Below, in pieces: positions 42,867 to 59,798 of a DNA stretch of 64,000 bases (its first letter is position 1; each line of letters begins with the position of its first letter). The stretch comes from Octopus vulgaris (taxonomy: Eukaryota). Under the pieces are notes generated by a model, which did no database searches, was not told the origin of the DNA, and worked only from the letters and a program-made list of their open reading frames with translations. The stretch is taken from assembly GCA_951406725.2 (NCBI GenBank), contig OX597824.1:67890001-67954000 (forward strand), written 5' to 3'. The translations under genes and the position numbers were made by a program.

Positions 42867-43508
42867 GACTAGGGTTCGGGATACCTTCAGTTTAGATGAT
42901 TTCAATGGTATCTTTACGAAGTGGAAGAAGTGCTACAAGTGCATGATGTCAGAGGACTTTACTTTGAAGGAAATTAGAGTTTTGCATTTCTTTGAAATTT
43001 ATGTTACGACTGCACATTGGAAATGCCTATCAAAGTCATTTTATCTAATTAATACTGATATTCACACACACGAACAGGAGATTACTTATACTGATATTGG
43101 TTGCTTTTATTCATAGAGAAACATAAAGTTACATGATGTTTACATATTTGTGTGTACTTCCTCCCCGGAACTAGACACAAATACATACATATATACAGAT
43201 AGACAGACAGACACATATACATACATGTAGGTGTGTGAAGGTGTATATGTATGCATTTGCGTATATTCAGCTTGAAGGAGAGAAATTTGCATAGGCCCTC
43301 TGCTAATATTAATTTTTATGTGCAGGCATTAGTAGAACATTATACGATACAGATTATTTGTTTTCGTATGCATGTATAATTATACATTTATCTTTGAGGG
43401 CAAACAGAGAGACAAAGATAGAGAGGTTCGAACAGTAAGAGAGGGAGAGTGACAGATAGAGAGTAAGAGAGCATGAGAGGGAGTTGCAGATAATTAGATA
43501 AAGTGGAT

Positions 43509-43518
43509 TATATAAAAA
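43509..43518 (+). promoter_or_regulatory. Possible TATA box upstream of SLC22-like exon 1
   Basis: TATATAAAAA about 45 nt before the ATG; weak evidence in AT-rich DNA. Confidence 0.3.
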
Positions 43519-43553
43519 CCTTGGAATATATTGACAGAAGACACAAAAACAAT

Positions 43554-43692
43554 ATGCAGTCTTCCCAAGTTGATGTTGATGGAATCCTACGTGCTTTGGG
43601 ACAAACCAAATTCTTCCACATAACTCAGTTTATTCTGATTTGTGCCTCTACAATTGTAGTAACGAGCAACAGTTTTTTCTACATATTTTTCG
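43554..43692 (+). CDS. SLC22-like copy B, exon 1 (MQSSQVDVDGILRALGQTKFFHITQFILICAS...)
   Basis: Resembles the SLC22 N-terminus (D.IL..LG...FQ) plus TM1; GTATGT donor, phase 1. Confidence 0.85.
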
Positions 43693-43869
43693 GTATGTAT
43701 AAAATCTGCATATAACAATGAATATAGATGTGTGCATTTGTGTGTGTGTGTATTCACACATACACACATATATAGAAGTATATATAAGCATATATGTCAC
43801 TCTCTCTCCCTTTCTCGATTTGTATAGACAGGCACACACACACACACACACACATATCTATGTATGGGT

Positions 43870-43914
<45 letters not shown>

Positions 43915-45034
43915 GTCTTTAACTTTACAAATAAATGCATGAAATGTTTATACAATGCAAGCAAAGATAACCGGCGTTGCCCGGTTACATTCAATTGAAG
44001 AATTAGACTTTTCTGTTATATTTTCTGTAATGAACTGGAATATCTATGTTTCGAATTTCATCAAAATTGCAGATGAGAGTTATTTCCCTCTTTACACACC
44101 CTAAAAATTGTAATCGTGCCACATATATCCCATACTACTGATTTTATGCGCATATTCCAAAATTCCAGTCTTATTGAACCTGTTAAAAAGATTTTGCTCC
44201 TGAAAAATGAAAGTCATGGAGCTCCAAAATGTGAGAGTTAAGGCTCCTGTTGGGGGTGGGCATCCTAATGTCAACGAGAGAAGTTGAATTGTTGAGAATC
44301 TGTTGAACTTGGGTCTTATATCTATTGCTTGAATTTCTTTGAAATAGGAAATATATGTTCACTGGGTTTGTAAAAGAGAGCAAAGCTACAGGAAACCAAA
44401 CGACGAATGATCACAATAAGCAGTCAGTTACCCTACCCAGTCACTCATCTTGGAAGGCCTTGAAATCAATGTTACCATCTGGGGACTATGTGTGACCTAG
44501 TGATAATAAAAAGACTGAAAAGAGGTCTGCAATCAAATAACTTTACTCAACACTTTGCAACTGAATCAGTGAAGGCAAAGATGCCTCATATTTACTTGAC
44601 AATTTATGCACCACATTGAAGAAATCACAATGTAAGTGTATGTCAAAGCACACTCTTACGCAATTGTACCATTGAATTACAAATAATGCTCATCTTTTAT
44701 ATTCGGGTAACCCTACAGATTCCAAGAGCACAACTGTATTCGTTTTTGCTTAGATAAAATGACAAAATTGTGGGTGTTAAGTCGCCATGAAGGGGTCTTT
44801 CTAACTTGTAAGAAGATGAAATTTTATAAATATTACTTCATTTCTGCCTAATATCTATGTTTAAAATTTCATCAACAGCAAAAATATATGAATTGTCATG
44901 GGGGTTATGGCCCTTATGGATAGAATATAATTTCCAAACTTCATAAAGATTCATTCAGTACTTTTGGGATCATAAAAGTTTGGGATCATAAAAGAAATGA
45001 CTAAAATTTGGGAGTTAAGGCTCCCATTAGGGTG

Positions 45035-45138
<104 letters not shown>

Positions 45139-45165
45139 TAGATAGATAGATAGATAGATAGATAC

Positions 45166-45252
<87 letters not shown>

Positions 45253-45860
45253 TACATACAACATACAAAGATAAATTGATAGATACAACTGAGTGGGCAA
45301 ACAAAAATATGAGACACTGCGTAGTGCTTTTTTTATGTTGATAAGCCTGTTACTTGTTCTATTAGTTTGTTCTTGTGAAACCAGTAGGTTAAGGGGTGTA
45401 GTAAATAAACCAACACCAGTTGTGAAGCAGTGATGAGGGAGAAACAGAAAGATACACTCAGACTTACATATATACATACATATACGTACAATTGATTTCT
45501 TTCAGTTTCTGTCTACAAAATCCACTGACAAGGCTTCGGTTGGTTTCAGGCTATAGTTTAAGACACATGCCAAGTTACCACACAGTGGGACTGAACTGAG
45601 GACCATGTGATTGGAACGAAGTTTGTTACCACACAGCCACAACTGCACCTATGTATGTGTGTGTGCGGGGGGAGGTGTATGTGTGTATGGGTGTATATAT
45701 GTATGCATATATAGATATGCATATATATATGTACATATTACATGTACATCTATATATATATACATCTAGACATATATGTATACACATACATGTATATCTA
45801 TAGAAATACATCTATACATATACAACTATACATATACAGCTATATATATGTACATGTATG

Positions 45861-45910
<50 letters not shown>

Positions 45911-45928
45911 CATATATATACATGTATG

Positions 45929-46029
<101 letters not shown>

Positions 46030-46237
46030 CCATATACATACAATAGAGAGATGTTTTTGTTTCACTTTTAACACGTAAGACTGAAATAGTGGAGAGGATA
46101 TGATATTGCTGTGGGCTCGCCCTGGGCAAGAAGTTAAATTAGTAAGGCATGTGTAAAATATGAATGAAATTGGTTGTGTAGTTCTCAAGTTTTAGGGATT
46201 CACACAGACAGACAGACACACACATTCTCAGTTTTAT

Positions 46238-46628
46238 ATCTTTATATATAAAAGTAAGGTTGTGTGTCTGTCTACTCTGAATTAGATTCCTAACTACTCC
46301 CACATTTTGCGGTGCGGTTTAACCAAAACCGGGTATCTTATAGTCGTGATTCATATCGAGCCCTTCTGCGTATTAGCGCGCGTCTACGATGAGTCTACGA
46401 TTTTAAAAATAATTTACCATCCTTTTTTCCATTTTAATGCATATTTTTTTAAAGGGAAGTAACTCTCTAAAAATGTCTACGATGAGTCAACGATTTTTAA
46501 ACAAATTTACCATCATATTTTTTCCATTTTTAATGCATTTTTTTGCTATTTTTTGGCTATAACTCTCTAAAAATGCTTTATAGTTATTTGCCTTACAAAC
46601 CGGAGCAACGCCGGGCGATACTGCTAGT
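46238..46628 (+). mobile_element. Non-autonomous Helitron
   Basis: 5' TC..., 3' ccggagcaacgccggg hairpin + CTAG; related minus-strand end at ~57865-57960. Confidence 0.75.
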
Positions 46629-46639
46629 ATATAGATAAA

Positions 46640-47440
46640 GGACAATAGAATTTAATATGTAGAAGTCCCAATGTTGCAATACCACTACATCCCATATACA
46701 AAATGACATCGATGGAATGGCAGCAATTTTAGGCTTCGCACTCCCGTGTTCTTTCCAAAACTTGCACCATAACACCCTTAAAAGTTTCAAACCCCACTTC
46801 TCTGATTTCTCTGTTGATGTTCTCCTTCAGTTGCACCAGGCTCTCCGGTTTGTTGATGTAAACTCTCTCTTTAAGGTATCCCCACAAGAAAAATTCGGGT
46901 TTGTCAAGTCTGGGGAACGTGAAGGCCAGTTGACATTGCCGTAGCGGGAAATTATTCTCTCTCCAAAGCACTGCCGTAGCAACTGCATTGTTTCTCTTGC
47001 GGTATGAACAGTTATTCGACCTTGCTGGAACCATGTGTGAGGTCTACTTTGAATGGCCCTCACGTTACCCAAACTTGACAAACCCAGGGTTTTTCATGGG
47101 GAGATACATGAAAGAGGGGGTTTACGTCAAGAAACCGGAGACCCTGGAGCAACTGAAGGAGAACATCAACAGAGAAATAAGAGAAGTGGGGCCTAAAACT
47201 CTTGAGGGTGTTATGGTTCAAGTTTTGGAAAGAGTACGGGCCTGCGAAGCCGAAAATAGTTGCCATTTAAGCGATGTCAATTTTCATATGTGATGTAGTG
47301 GTATGGCAAAATTTCACTTGTGCGTATTAATTTCCATTGTCCTTTATATTGTATAAAAATTTCATGCATTTATTTGTAAAGTTCAGAAAGTTATTAAAAA
47401 GTTGAAACCTATCAGTGACCTTGGAGATATGCTGTATGCA
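46640..47440. mobile_element. Tc1/mariner transposase 3' fragments arranged as an inversion pair
   Basis: WPSRSPDLT..FFLWGYLKERVY on - (46640-47058) and a second copy on + (47052-47440). Confidence 0.8.
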
Positions 47441-47593
47441 CATAAGCAAATATACATATTTGAAAATACTAATGCACATACACGTATATATGTATGTATG
47501 TATGTATGTATGCATTAGCTATTTCTAAACATTTTGAAGTAACATTGAATCTTTATCTCTTGTTGAAATTATGCAAACAAATAATGAGATACA

Positions 47594-48859
47594 CAGGGGT
47601 TGGACAAAATAATAGAAATATCTTAAAATTTGAAACAAATTTATTTTAATGTGGAGTAGGACCGCCTTTGGCACTAATTACACCTTGAATTCTACGAGGT
47701 GTGAACTCATACAAACTTTGAATTGTTTCCAAAGGAATTTTTGTCCATTCTTCAGTTAAAGCAGTATCCAGTTCTTGTAGTGATGATGGTAGAGGATATC
47801 GACACTTAATTCTAAAATGCACCATAAATATTCAATAATATTGAACTATGTGGACTGTGGAGCCCAGATAAGATGTTCAACTTCACTAGAATGTTCTTCG
47901 TGCCATTCAGTAACAAATTTAGCCTTGTGAATTGGTGCATTATCATCCTGAAAGATTGCGTTTCCCGCTGGAGACAGTTCCGCAAACATAGGATGAATTT
48001 GATCACATAAAGTACTTAAATAGTCTTGACTATTGATTCTGCCATGAAGGTAAACCATTGGTCCGGCGCATTTCCAAGATATAGTCCCCCAGAGCATCAC
48101 AGATCCTCCTCCATGCTTAATAGTTTTAAGAAGGCAGTCTGGGTCAAATGTTTCTTTTGGCTGTCTCCACACGTATACTCGGCCGCTGGTCAGAAATAAG
48201 GTAAAGGATGGCTCGTCCTAGAAAATAACGTTCTTCTACTCCTCTAGAGATCAATTCTGTGTTTTTACTCCACTCTAAACGCTTTGCAACGTTTGTTATT
48301 GAAAGTGGTGGTTTTCTGATTGCAACCCTCACGTGAAATCCAGATTTGTGCCGCTCTTGGCGAACAGTTTTTGTGGAAACTGGTTTCACGAGGTGGTCAT
48401 TAAGCTCTGCAGTAATTTTGGGAGCTGTACTTTTGCGATCCTTTCTAAAAAACATTCGCTTGTGTCCAATGGTCCCTATCTGAAAGTTTTGGTTTACTTC
48501 CAAATTTTTGTTTCGACGAGGAGGTTTATCCTTTATTTCAAAGTGTGTCATTACTTTTGAGACAGTACTTCTTGATCACCAAACATTTCGGCTGTTTCGT
48601 TACGCTAGCTTCTGCCATACGAACATCAATAATTTGACCTATTTGAAAGTCCGATAGATCTGTCATTTTAATGAATTTTAATTACCTTTTTCTGATGATA
48701 TCTGAAAAGAAACAGCAATCTTAGCAAAACATATTAAGTAACGATAATAATAAATAAAAAAAATAATATATACAATAAACAAGCTTTTGACGGTTTTATA
48801 GATATTTCAAAATTATGATGATTTGATGCTAGGTGTTTCCATTATTTTGTCCAACCATG
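47594..48859 (-). mobile_element. Near full-length Tc1-like element with both TIRs; transposase disrupted
   Basis: TIRs ca.ggttggacaaaataat.gaaa at both ends; KHGGGSVMLWG, FQDDNAPIH, WAPQS motifs. Confidence 0.9.
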
Positions 48860-48922
48860 TATGATACGTAAACTGTCCTAATTATAATAAAAGTAGCTCA
48901 CTTTCTCCTCCATGTTTCACAG

Positions 48923-49131
48923 TCATCACTCCAGAATACAGATGTAATAATCTAACCGAGTTTCAACTCAATCAATACAACATATCGATTGATGAAGCCG
49001 ATCTGATATATGATAAATGCTCTATAGACATCATCATTACCGATGGAGGGCTTACTACCGAGAACAGAACTCTGGACTGTGTGAATGGTTATTACTATAC
49101 CACACCAGTTGATAAGTCTATAGTGTCACAG
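48923..49131 (+). CDS. SLC22-like copy B, exon 2 (extracellular loop ITPEYRCNNLTE...DCVNGYYYTTPVDKSIVSQ)
   Basis: Conserved loop cysteines and C..GY.Y...SIVSQ motif; CAG/GTAGG boundaries. Confidence 0.9.
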
Positions 49132-50504
49132 GTAGGTTGAGTTCCATTACTGTATTAAACTGTTGTTAAGAATTAATATGTGTTCATGTCAGGTTTATGT
49201 CATCTCTGTGTTGTTTGTAGAAATCTTCTGAACACCGTAACTTTCTAAATTGTAACTCTTAGAATGGACACAAGTATCATAACATTTAGTACTTTTGCCT
49301 CGTATGTAAATAAATTATGAAGGCAATCATTAATTATTAAATGAGCAAATGAATATATTCATGCAGAAGTATATAACATTTCTAATTTAAAGATTTGATA
49401 CATTTATTTTTCTTAGTGTAATATAATACCATATTTCTTTTCATTGATTCTCCTAGCATTTGGACTGTTTTATTTACAGTAATTTTCAACTCTGTTATAC
49501 GTTGAAAAATAATAGTTGACAACATAACAAACACATTGTTGTCAGAAGACGGAACACTATGATCTGCGAGGTGAGAGCTGGACTATTGACATTGCCATCA
49601 GTTGAAACCTTAGAACTAGAGTAAATGTCATGGCTGAAAATTGGCTTCAAATTTTGACACAAGGCCAGCAATTTTGGAATCGGGGTAGGCCGATAACATC
49701 GACCTCTGTGTACAACTGGTACTTATTTTATTGACTCTGAAACGATAACAGGCAGAGTCGACGGCGGCGAATTTGAACTGAGAACGTAAAGACGGAAAAA
49801 AGCCGCTAAGAATTTTGTCCCTCGTGGGAACAATTCTGCCAGCTCACCGACTTAAATTGCCTGAAAATTTACCGCTTCTATTCCACTTCTTTTAAGGTAT
49901 ACACAAACGGAAGATAGGAATTTTTTGCGAGGTAACGAAATATGGTGTTTTTTTTTTATTCACGGAAAATATGTATATAAACAAGGTGGTATAAAAAAAA
50001 TTTCGCGGACTAGTCATGTTTAATAAAAAGTAACTTATTTACCTAAGTTTTAACATCATCTCCTTCGAAATAGTCATCTTGCGCAGCAATAAACAGGTCC
50101 CAGCTTTCCTACCACTTTTGGAATCCGGCCTGCAGTTCCTTCTTGATGTCGGCAACGGCGTTAAAACAGTAACCATTGAGCTACATTTTCCTCTTAGGGA
50201 AGAGATGGAAATCCGCAGGTGCTAAATTTGGTGAATAGCGCGGGTAGGGAAGTGATAGCATGTTGTTTTTGGCAAGAAACGCACGACTGTATTATAAACT
50301 GTTAAAGAAGTGTGTTAACAACATGAATGCGAACATTTGTTGTTCTTTCCCAGCATTACATAACGTATCACAGACTTACCTGGAGAAATTGTCTCCCTTA
50401 GAAATTTTCTATGATGTCATGAAAAGAACAAACAGGCAAAATTTAAACTCTACACCTTAATCAAGTAATTTATCATTGTCTATAAATTATGTTTATTTTT
50501 ACAG

Positions 50505-50735
50505 TGGGACCTGGTCTGCAACAATTTAGGATTGGCTGAATCAACGCAAACGGTTTATGCTTTGGGTCAAGTGGTCAGTGGTCTGTTAGCACCATATTTA
50601 GTAGAAAAATACGGACGAAAACCTACGAGAGTGACAAGTAATATTTTGCTGGTAGTCTTGAACTTAATCGCAGCATATTCTCAGTTTTATTGGTGGTTTA
50701 CAACAATCAGATTTTTCGCTGGAATAGTTCGTGAG
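50505..50735 (+). CDS. SLC22-like copy B, exon 3 (WDLVC...LVEKYGRKP...RFFAGIVRE)
   Basis: WDLVC signature and MFS motif A; ACAG/GTAAT boundaries. Confidence 0.92.
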
Positions 50736-51199
50736 GTAATACTATTAAACACTGTCCTTACTCAAATATACAAATACACAAAAACACAAAACAACACGCT
50801 AACTGCCCCCTATATATAGGACAAAAATACATACAAATCAGTTAGTTTGACACCCCCACCCCTCTCTCACTCTTTCTTTCTCTCTCTCTGTCACGATATG
50901 TATATATATAAAACTGAGAATGTGCGTGTGTTTGTTTGTCTGTGTGCATCACTAAAACTTGAGAACTACCCAAAGATTTCATTCGTGGACCAAAATACAC
51001 ATGCATACATACCAATCATTCATGGACCAAAATAACTTTCAAATACATTCCTAATGCGAGACCGGAGCAATCTCTCATCTCCCAAGCGGTTTCAATATTA
51101 CGTGTCAAAAGTGAAACAATAACATATCTATTGTAACGTGAGATAATAGTTTCAGTTTTAATAGTTTCATTATTATATGGAGCCAATTTCAATTACTAA

Positions 51200-51249
<50 letters not shown>

Positions 51250-51254
51250 ATATA

Positions 51255-51570
51255 GAGCGTCGAGCTTAACTTACGATCGTGAGGTTGTGAGCTCGAATCC
51301 CGGACCGGGCTGCGTGTTGTGTTCTTGAGCAAGACACTTTACTTCACGTTGCTCCAGTTCACTCAGCTGTAGAAATGAGTTGCGACGTCACGGGTGCCAA
51401 GCTGTATCGGCCCTTGCCTTTCCCTTGGATAACACTGGTGGCGTGGAGAGGGGAGGCCGGTATGCATGGGCGACTGCTGGTCTTCCATAAACCACCTTGC
51501 CCAGACTTGTGACTAGGAGGGTAACTTTCTAGGTGCAATCCCATGGACAGTGTCGTGACCGAAGGGGGAG
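51255..51570 (+). mobile_element. tRNA-derived SINE (related copy ~40690-40950)
   Basis: gctcgaatccc B-box-like motif; shared ttcactcagctgtagaaatgagtt...ggtaactttctaggtgcaatcccatgg. Confidence 0.65.
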
Positions 51571-51661
51571 GGATTCCCGGATGTATATATATATATATAT
51601 ATATGCATATATATATAGATAGATAAGTATATACATATATTTATATATGTATGCGTATGTT

Positions 51662-54404
<2,743 letters not shown>

Positions 54405-54567
54405 GTACATTTTTTCTCTAGTGTCAGCTCAGAGCTGCGGCCATGATGATGCACCGCCGTTTTGTACTACACTGTTATTACGAAGAACCTCGTCTAATAT
54501 GTGGCACTTGGTGAAGAATGGAGTTTGATATAGCTACTCTCATATGTATATATATATGTATATGTAC

Positions 54568-54603
<36 letters not shown>

Positions 54604-54808
54604 GTATGTATATTTATGTGTGTATTTTTATGTACCTTTATGTGCGAAGGAGTGCCTGCGTGGTAAGTAGCTTGCTTACCAGCCTCATGGTTCCGGGTTC
54701 AGTCCCACTGCGTGGCACCTCGTGCAAGTGTCTTCTTCTATAGATTCGGGCCGACCAAAGCCTTACGAATGGATTTGGTAAAAAGGAAAATGAAAGAAGT
54801 CTGTCGTA

Positions 54809-54848
<40 letters not shown>

Positions 54849-54849
54849 T

Positions 54850-54891
<42 letters not shown>

Positions 54892-54998
54892 GGATGTCTA
54901 TGTATATATATATACGTCTATATGTATATATGTATATATAGATATATATTTCTATATATTTATAAGAATATATATATATATGTATGTATGTATTTATG

Positions 54999-55049
<51 letters not shown>

Positions 55050-55070
55050 GTATATATATGTATGTATTTG

Positions 55071-55101
<31 letters not shown>

Positions 55102-55146
55102 ATGTGTGTGTGTCTGTCAGTGTGTGTGTGTCTATGTGTATGTTTA

Positions 55147-55202
<56 letters not shown>

Positions 55203-55646
55203 CGCGGGCTTGGCTGTGTGCTAAGAATCCTGGTGGCCAACCTGATGGCTTCGGGTTCAGTCCCACTGCGTGGCATCTTAGGGAAGTGTCTTCTTCTATG
55301 GCCTCGAATCAACCCAAGCCATATCAGTGGATATAGTTGACGGAAAGTGAAAGAGGCTTGTCCTGTATATATATCCTTAATTTGGCGTTTCGGTCAAAGA
55401 TATCGATAGAACAAGTTCAGTGGTAGGTCTCCCCAACAAAAAGGTTGTGCCCCAGCATGGGCACACTCAAATGATTGAAACAAGTACCAGAATATAAGAG
55501 TAATATATATATAATTAGTAATATAGTAATATGGTACTATATATATATACACATACACCTAGGTATACATATATATGTATATATATACATATATATATAT
55601 ATACATATATATATGTACATATATATATATATATATATACATATAA

Positions 55647-55703
<57 letters not shown>

Positions 55704-55715
55704 TATATATATATA

Positions 55716-56062
55716 TCGCCATACTAATATGGCATTCTTATAAAAATAAAAAAAAGCTGTCCGCTTATTAGCTATGAGGCCATCGCCTTAAGTTAGCTAT
55801 TTGATACACAAACTGTATCCATATAACCTTCGAACAAGGGAGGTCAGTCGCTCCACACTACTTGACCGGCAGCTACAGACGCGTTTCGGGGTATTGCCCC
55901 TTTTCAATGCAGCGTAGTGTGGAGCGACTGACCTCCCTTGTTCGAAGGTTATATGGATACAGTTTGTGTATCAAATAGCTAACTTAAGGCGATGGCCTCA
56001 TGGAGCTAATAAGCGGACAGCTTTTTTCTTATTTTTATAAGAATGCCATATTAGTATGGCGA
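55716..56062. mobile_element. Hairpin element (~145-bp near-perfect arms) with a hammerhead in the loop
   Basis: 55716-55861 is reverse-complementary to 55914-56062; TA-flanked. Confidence 0.85.
55872..55913 (-). ncRNA. Minimal type I hammerhead ribozyme, U3-A8 core variant
   Basis: GCUGCA-UUGAAAA-GGGG(CAAUA)CCCC-GAAA-CGCG-UC-UGUAGC. Confidence 0.8.
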
Positions 56063-56139
56063 TAACTATTATTTTCCGGGAACGCTGCCGCTGTTCTCTT
56101 TTAGAGAGACTTAGTTATTTTAATATTTCTATTATATAT

Positions 56140-56178
<39 letters not shown>

Positions 56179-56219
56179 GTTGAGAAAGTTGGTGTGTGAA
56201 AGAACGTGGTAGAATATAT

Positions 56220-56939
56220 AGAAAATAGTAAAAAGTGAAAAAACTACAGAAGGCTTGTTTTAAAAGATTAAAAAATATATTTGAGTCATTATATCAGAAG
56301 AATGTTATAAAATATTTTCATATAGTGACATAGATTTTGAAGAAATTACCGGTTTCGTGTTAACTTTTCAAATTTCTCAAAACATCGTGTTATGACTTCG
56401 TTATGAAGTGTAAAGTAGAGTTCCAGGTAAGGGGAGGTAATAAGTGATTTCTTCCGGTGTAAGGGAGATAATCGCCTTATATTTCTTGCTTCTTTTACTT
56501 AATGGGGTGAGTTTCTCTGTATAAGAATGTTAGAGTGGTTAAGTTTGGGCTTATATTTTTCAATGTGCTATTGGAACACCAACACAAATTAGACTAAACA
56601 AGGAAACATTCTTCATCAAACTTAACCACTCTAACATTCTTATACAGAGAAACTCACCCCATTAAGTAAAAGAGGCAAGAAATATAAAGCGATTATCTCC
56701 CTTACACCGGAAGAAATCACTTATTACCTCCCTTTACCTGGAACTCTACTTTACACTTCATAACGAAGTCATAACACGATGTTTTGAGAAATTTGAAAAG
56801 TTAACACGAAACCGGTAATTTCTTCAAAAACTATGTCACTGTATGAAAATATTTTATAACATTCTTCTGACATAATGACTCAAATATATTTTTTAACCTT
56901 TTAAAACAAGCCTTCTGTAGTTTTTCACTTTTACTATTT

Positions 56940-56942
<3 letters not shown>
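56220..56942. mobile_element. Hairpin element (~325-bp arms), each arm carrying a minimal hammerhead
   Basis: 56220-56546 is reverse-complementary to 56618-56942. Confidence 0.85.
56787..56823 (+). ncRNA. Minimal hammerhead, U3-A8 variant (mirror copy 56341-56377 on -)
   Basis: AGAAAU-UUGAAAA-GU(UAAC)AC-GAAA-CCGG-UA-AUUUCU; stem II only 2 bp. Confidence 0.65.
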
Positions 56943-56998
<56 letters not shown>

Positions 56999-57323
56999 AT
57001 AGCCTCAGGGCGACCAAAGCTTTTTGAGTAGATTTCGTACACAGAAACTGAAAGGAGACTCTCATATATATGTCTATATTTGCATTTGTCTCTGTTTTCT
57101 TCCCTGCATTGCATAACAACCGATTTTGCTGTGTTTACGTTACTATAATCTAGAGTTTCGACGAAAGACACCGATAGAATAAGTCCTAGGCTTACAAAGA
57201 ATGAAGCCTGTGTTCGATTTGTTCCACCGTATGTGGTGCTTCAGCTTGGTCGCATTTAGATGATGACTGAAACAAGTAAAGGAATACCATTTTAATACTG
57301 TGCGAGGCCGGGTGTCTCAGCTA

Positions 57324-57385
<62 letters not shown>

Positions 57386-57394
57386 GTATATATG

Positions 57395-57439
<45 letters not shown>

Positions 57440-57444
57440 ATATC

Positions 57445-57491
<47 letters not shown>

Positions 57492-57618
57492 AAGGGTGAA
57501 AAGGAACACACGAGTTGATATATATGAAAAAACAACTCAAAATAGAAAATGCTAAAATAAATTTAGAAAAATTAGAAGAAAAGTTTTCTTCTAATTTTTC
57601 TAAATTTAATTATTTTAT

Positions 57619-57666
57619 CGTTACAGTTGAAAAGGTCTCAAAATGACCGAAACCGGTACTGTAATG
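57619..57666 (+). ncRNA. Minimal hammerhead, U3-A8 variant, inside a small hairpin element (57520-57720)
   Basis: CGUUACAG-UUGAAAA-GGUC(UCAAAAU)GACC-GAAA-CCGG-UA-CUGUAAUG. Confidence 0.8.
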
Positions 57667-57711
57667 TTCTTTATAAAATTATTTTAGCATTTTTTCTATT
57701 TTGACTTGTTT

Positions 57712-57867
<156 letters not shown>

Positions 57868-58271
57868 TATCGCCCGGCATTGCTCAGGTTTGTAAGGGAA
57901 ATAACTATAAAGCATTTTTAGAGAGTTATAGCCAAAAAATATAAAAAGATGGAAAAAAAATGATGGCAATTTTTTTTTTAGTTAAAAAAGGTGGAGTTGC
58001 GTCCCCTAGACAGTTTCCGGTTTGTGTATCTGATTCTCGACCCCATGTCGAATTTATCGATTTTTTTCAGAACTGGGGGAACTTTTCAAAATTTTCGCTG
58101 CGTTAGTTTTGAATTATGACATTGGGCTATGTGTGTGTCAAGTTTCATCATAATCGGTTGAAAGCCGTGGTCATAGGGTACAAGCAAACATATATATATA
58201 AACACGCATAGACAAATTTATATAGAGAGAGATGTATGTATGTATAAATATATATATATGTATTATATATA

Positions 58272-58790
58272 AAATCCGTTGTATATATAACCTTTCTATG
58301 TCAGATTTTGGGTGGCATGTTTTTCTGTTTATTTTGATTAGTTCGCTTAGAGTCCAGTTAAGAATATTGTAGCTGTAACTTATAACTGGGACGGCTAGAG
58401 TGCTGATACCTATTATCTTGTTTTTTTGCATTGAGCTCTGTTTTCAGCATTAATCTAACTCATTAAGATAAAAGATAACATTCTTTTCTTGTTGCCGTAA
58501 CAGTTGTATCCACATCCAGTTCTGTTTAGCATGTCAGATAAAGGTGTCAGTGCCAAGAAGAAAAGGAGTGGAGAGAGTGTGTTTCCTTGTAATATTCCCC
58601 TTCTAATGGAGATGGCTTTAGTTTTTATGAGTCCCTCTTTTGTCTGGAGCTGTCGCACTGTCTGCTATTTATTCATGGAATGTTTAATATATTTTATGGT
58701 TATTGGTGCTACCTTATTTATGGCTAGTATTTCTAGGATCGATGTGTGGGGAATACTATCAAAAGCCTTTCTATAATGGATCCAGGCCAT
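58272..58790 (-). mobile_element. Internally deleted Dong/R4 RT fragment
   Basis: YRKAFDSIPHTSI, RGILQGNTLSPLLF, HPKSDIERLY; YMDD region deleted near 58460-58490. Confidence 0.85.
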
Positions 58791-59039
58791 ACTTCGAACC
58801 ATCACCATCATCACCACCATCACCACTATCACCATCATCACCACCATCACCACCATCACCATCATCATCATCATCATTATTATTATTATTATTATTACTA
58901 TTATTATTATTACTATTGTTATTACTATTATTATTACTATTATTATTATTACTATTATTATTACTATTATTATTATTGTCATTACTATTATTATTATTAT
59001 TATTATTACTATTATTATTATTACTATTATTATTATTAC

Positions 59040-59090
<51 letters not shown>

Positions 59091-59173
59091 TATTATTATT
59101 ACTATTATTATTATTGATATTATTATTATTATTATTGATATTATTATTATTATTATTGTTATTATTATTATTG

Positions 59174-59726
59174 AATGAGAGAGCAGTGCATGCCATCAAA
59201 GTGACAATGGGGTAAAATATACGAAGCCCAATATACCCCTCATGACTACCCGTCTGATAAGGGTACACCAGGCACATGCATCACAACCATATGTGCGCGA
59301 CATGGTGATCTCATATCAAGATAAACAGCACATGACCTTGCAGGTGGGGCCCAGTTAGAATTTTCTTCAGGTTGAGTAGCCCATCCCGCTCAAAAGGTCC
59401 CTGAATAAGGGTTGTTTAAGGATGTTGAAAGAACCACCCATGTTTCCAGAGGTGAATTATTCAAACCCCAAAGAATCCCTCTCAACACATGGCTATGATG
59501 CTCCCCCACTACTTCTGCTCGTGATCAGAGATGCACATATCGTCAGCCACTAAGGGACATGCTCAACTGGTTAAGGTCAAACAACTGACAAGCAAATCTG
59601 TGGTACTGAGCAGAATATTTGCTGTAGCCCATCTTTTATACCAAGTCAAAACAATGTACATGATAACACTTCCAATCAGTTAAGATCAGAAGGCATGAGA
59701 GCCACTGCCTGGTATTGCATCAGGGC

Positions 59727-59730
<4 letters not shown>
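59174..59730. mobile_element. ~555-bp non-coding element between (ATT)n arrays (its right end is also at 1-130)
   Basis: Sharp boundaries against ATT microsatellites on both sides; no credible ORF. Confidence 0.55.
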
Positions 59731-59798
<68 letters not shown>

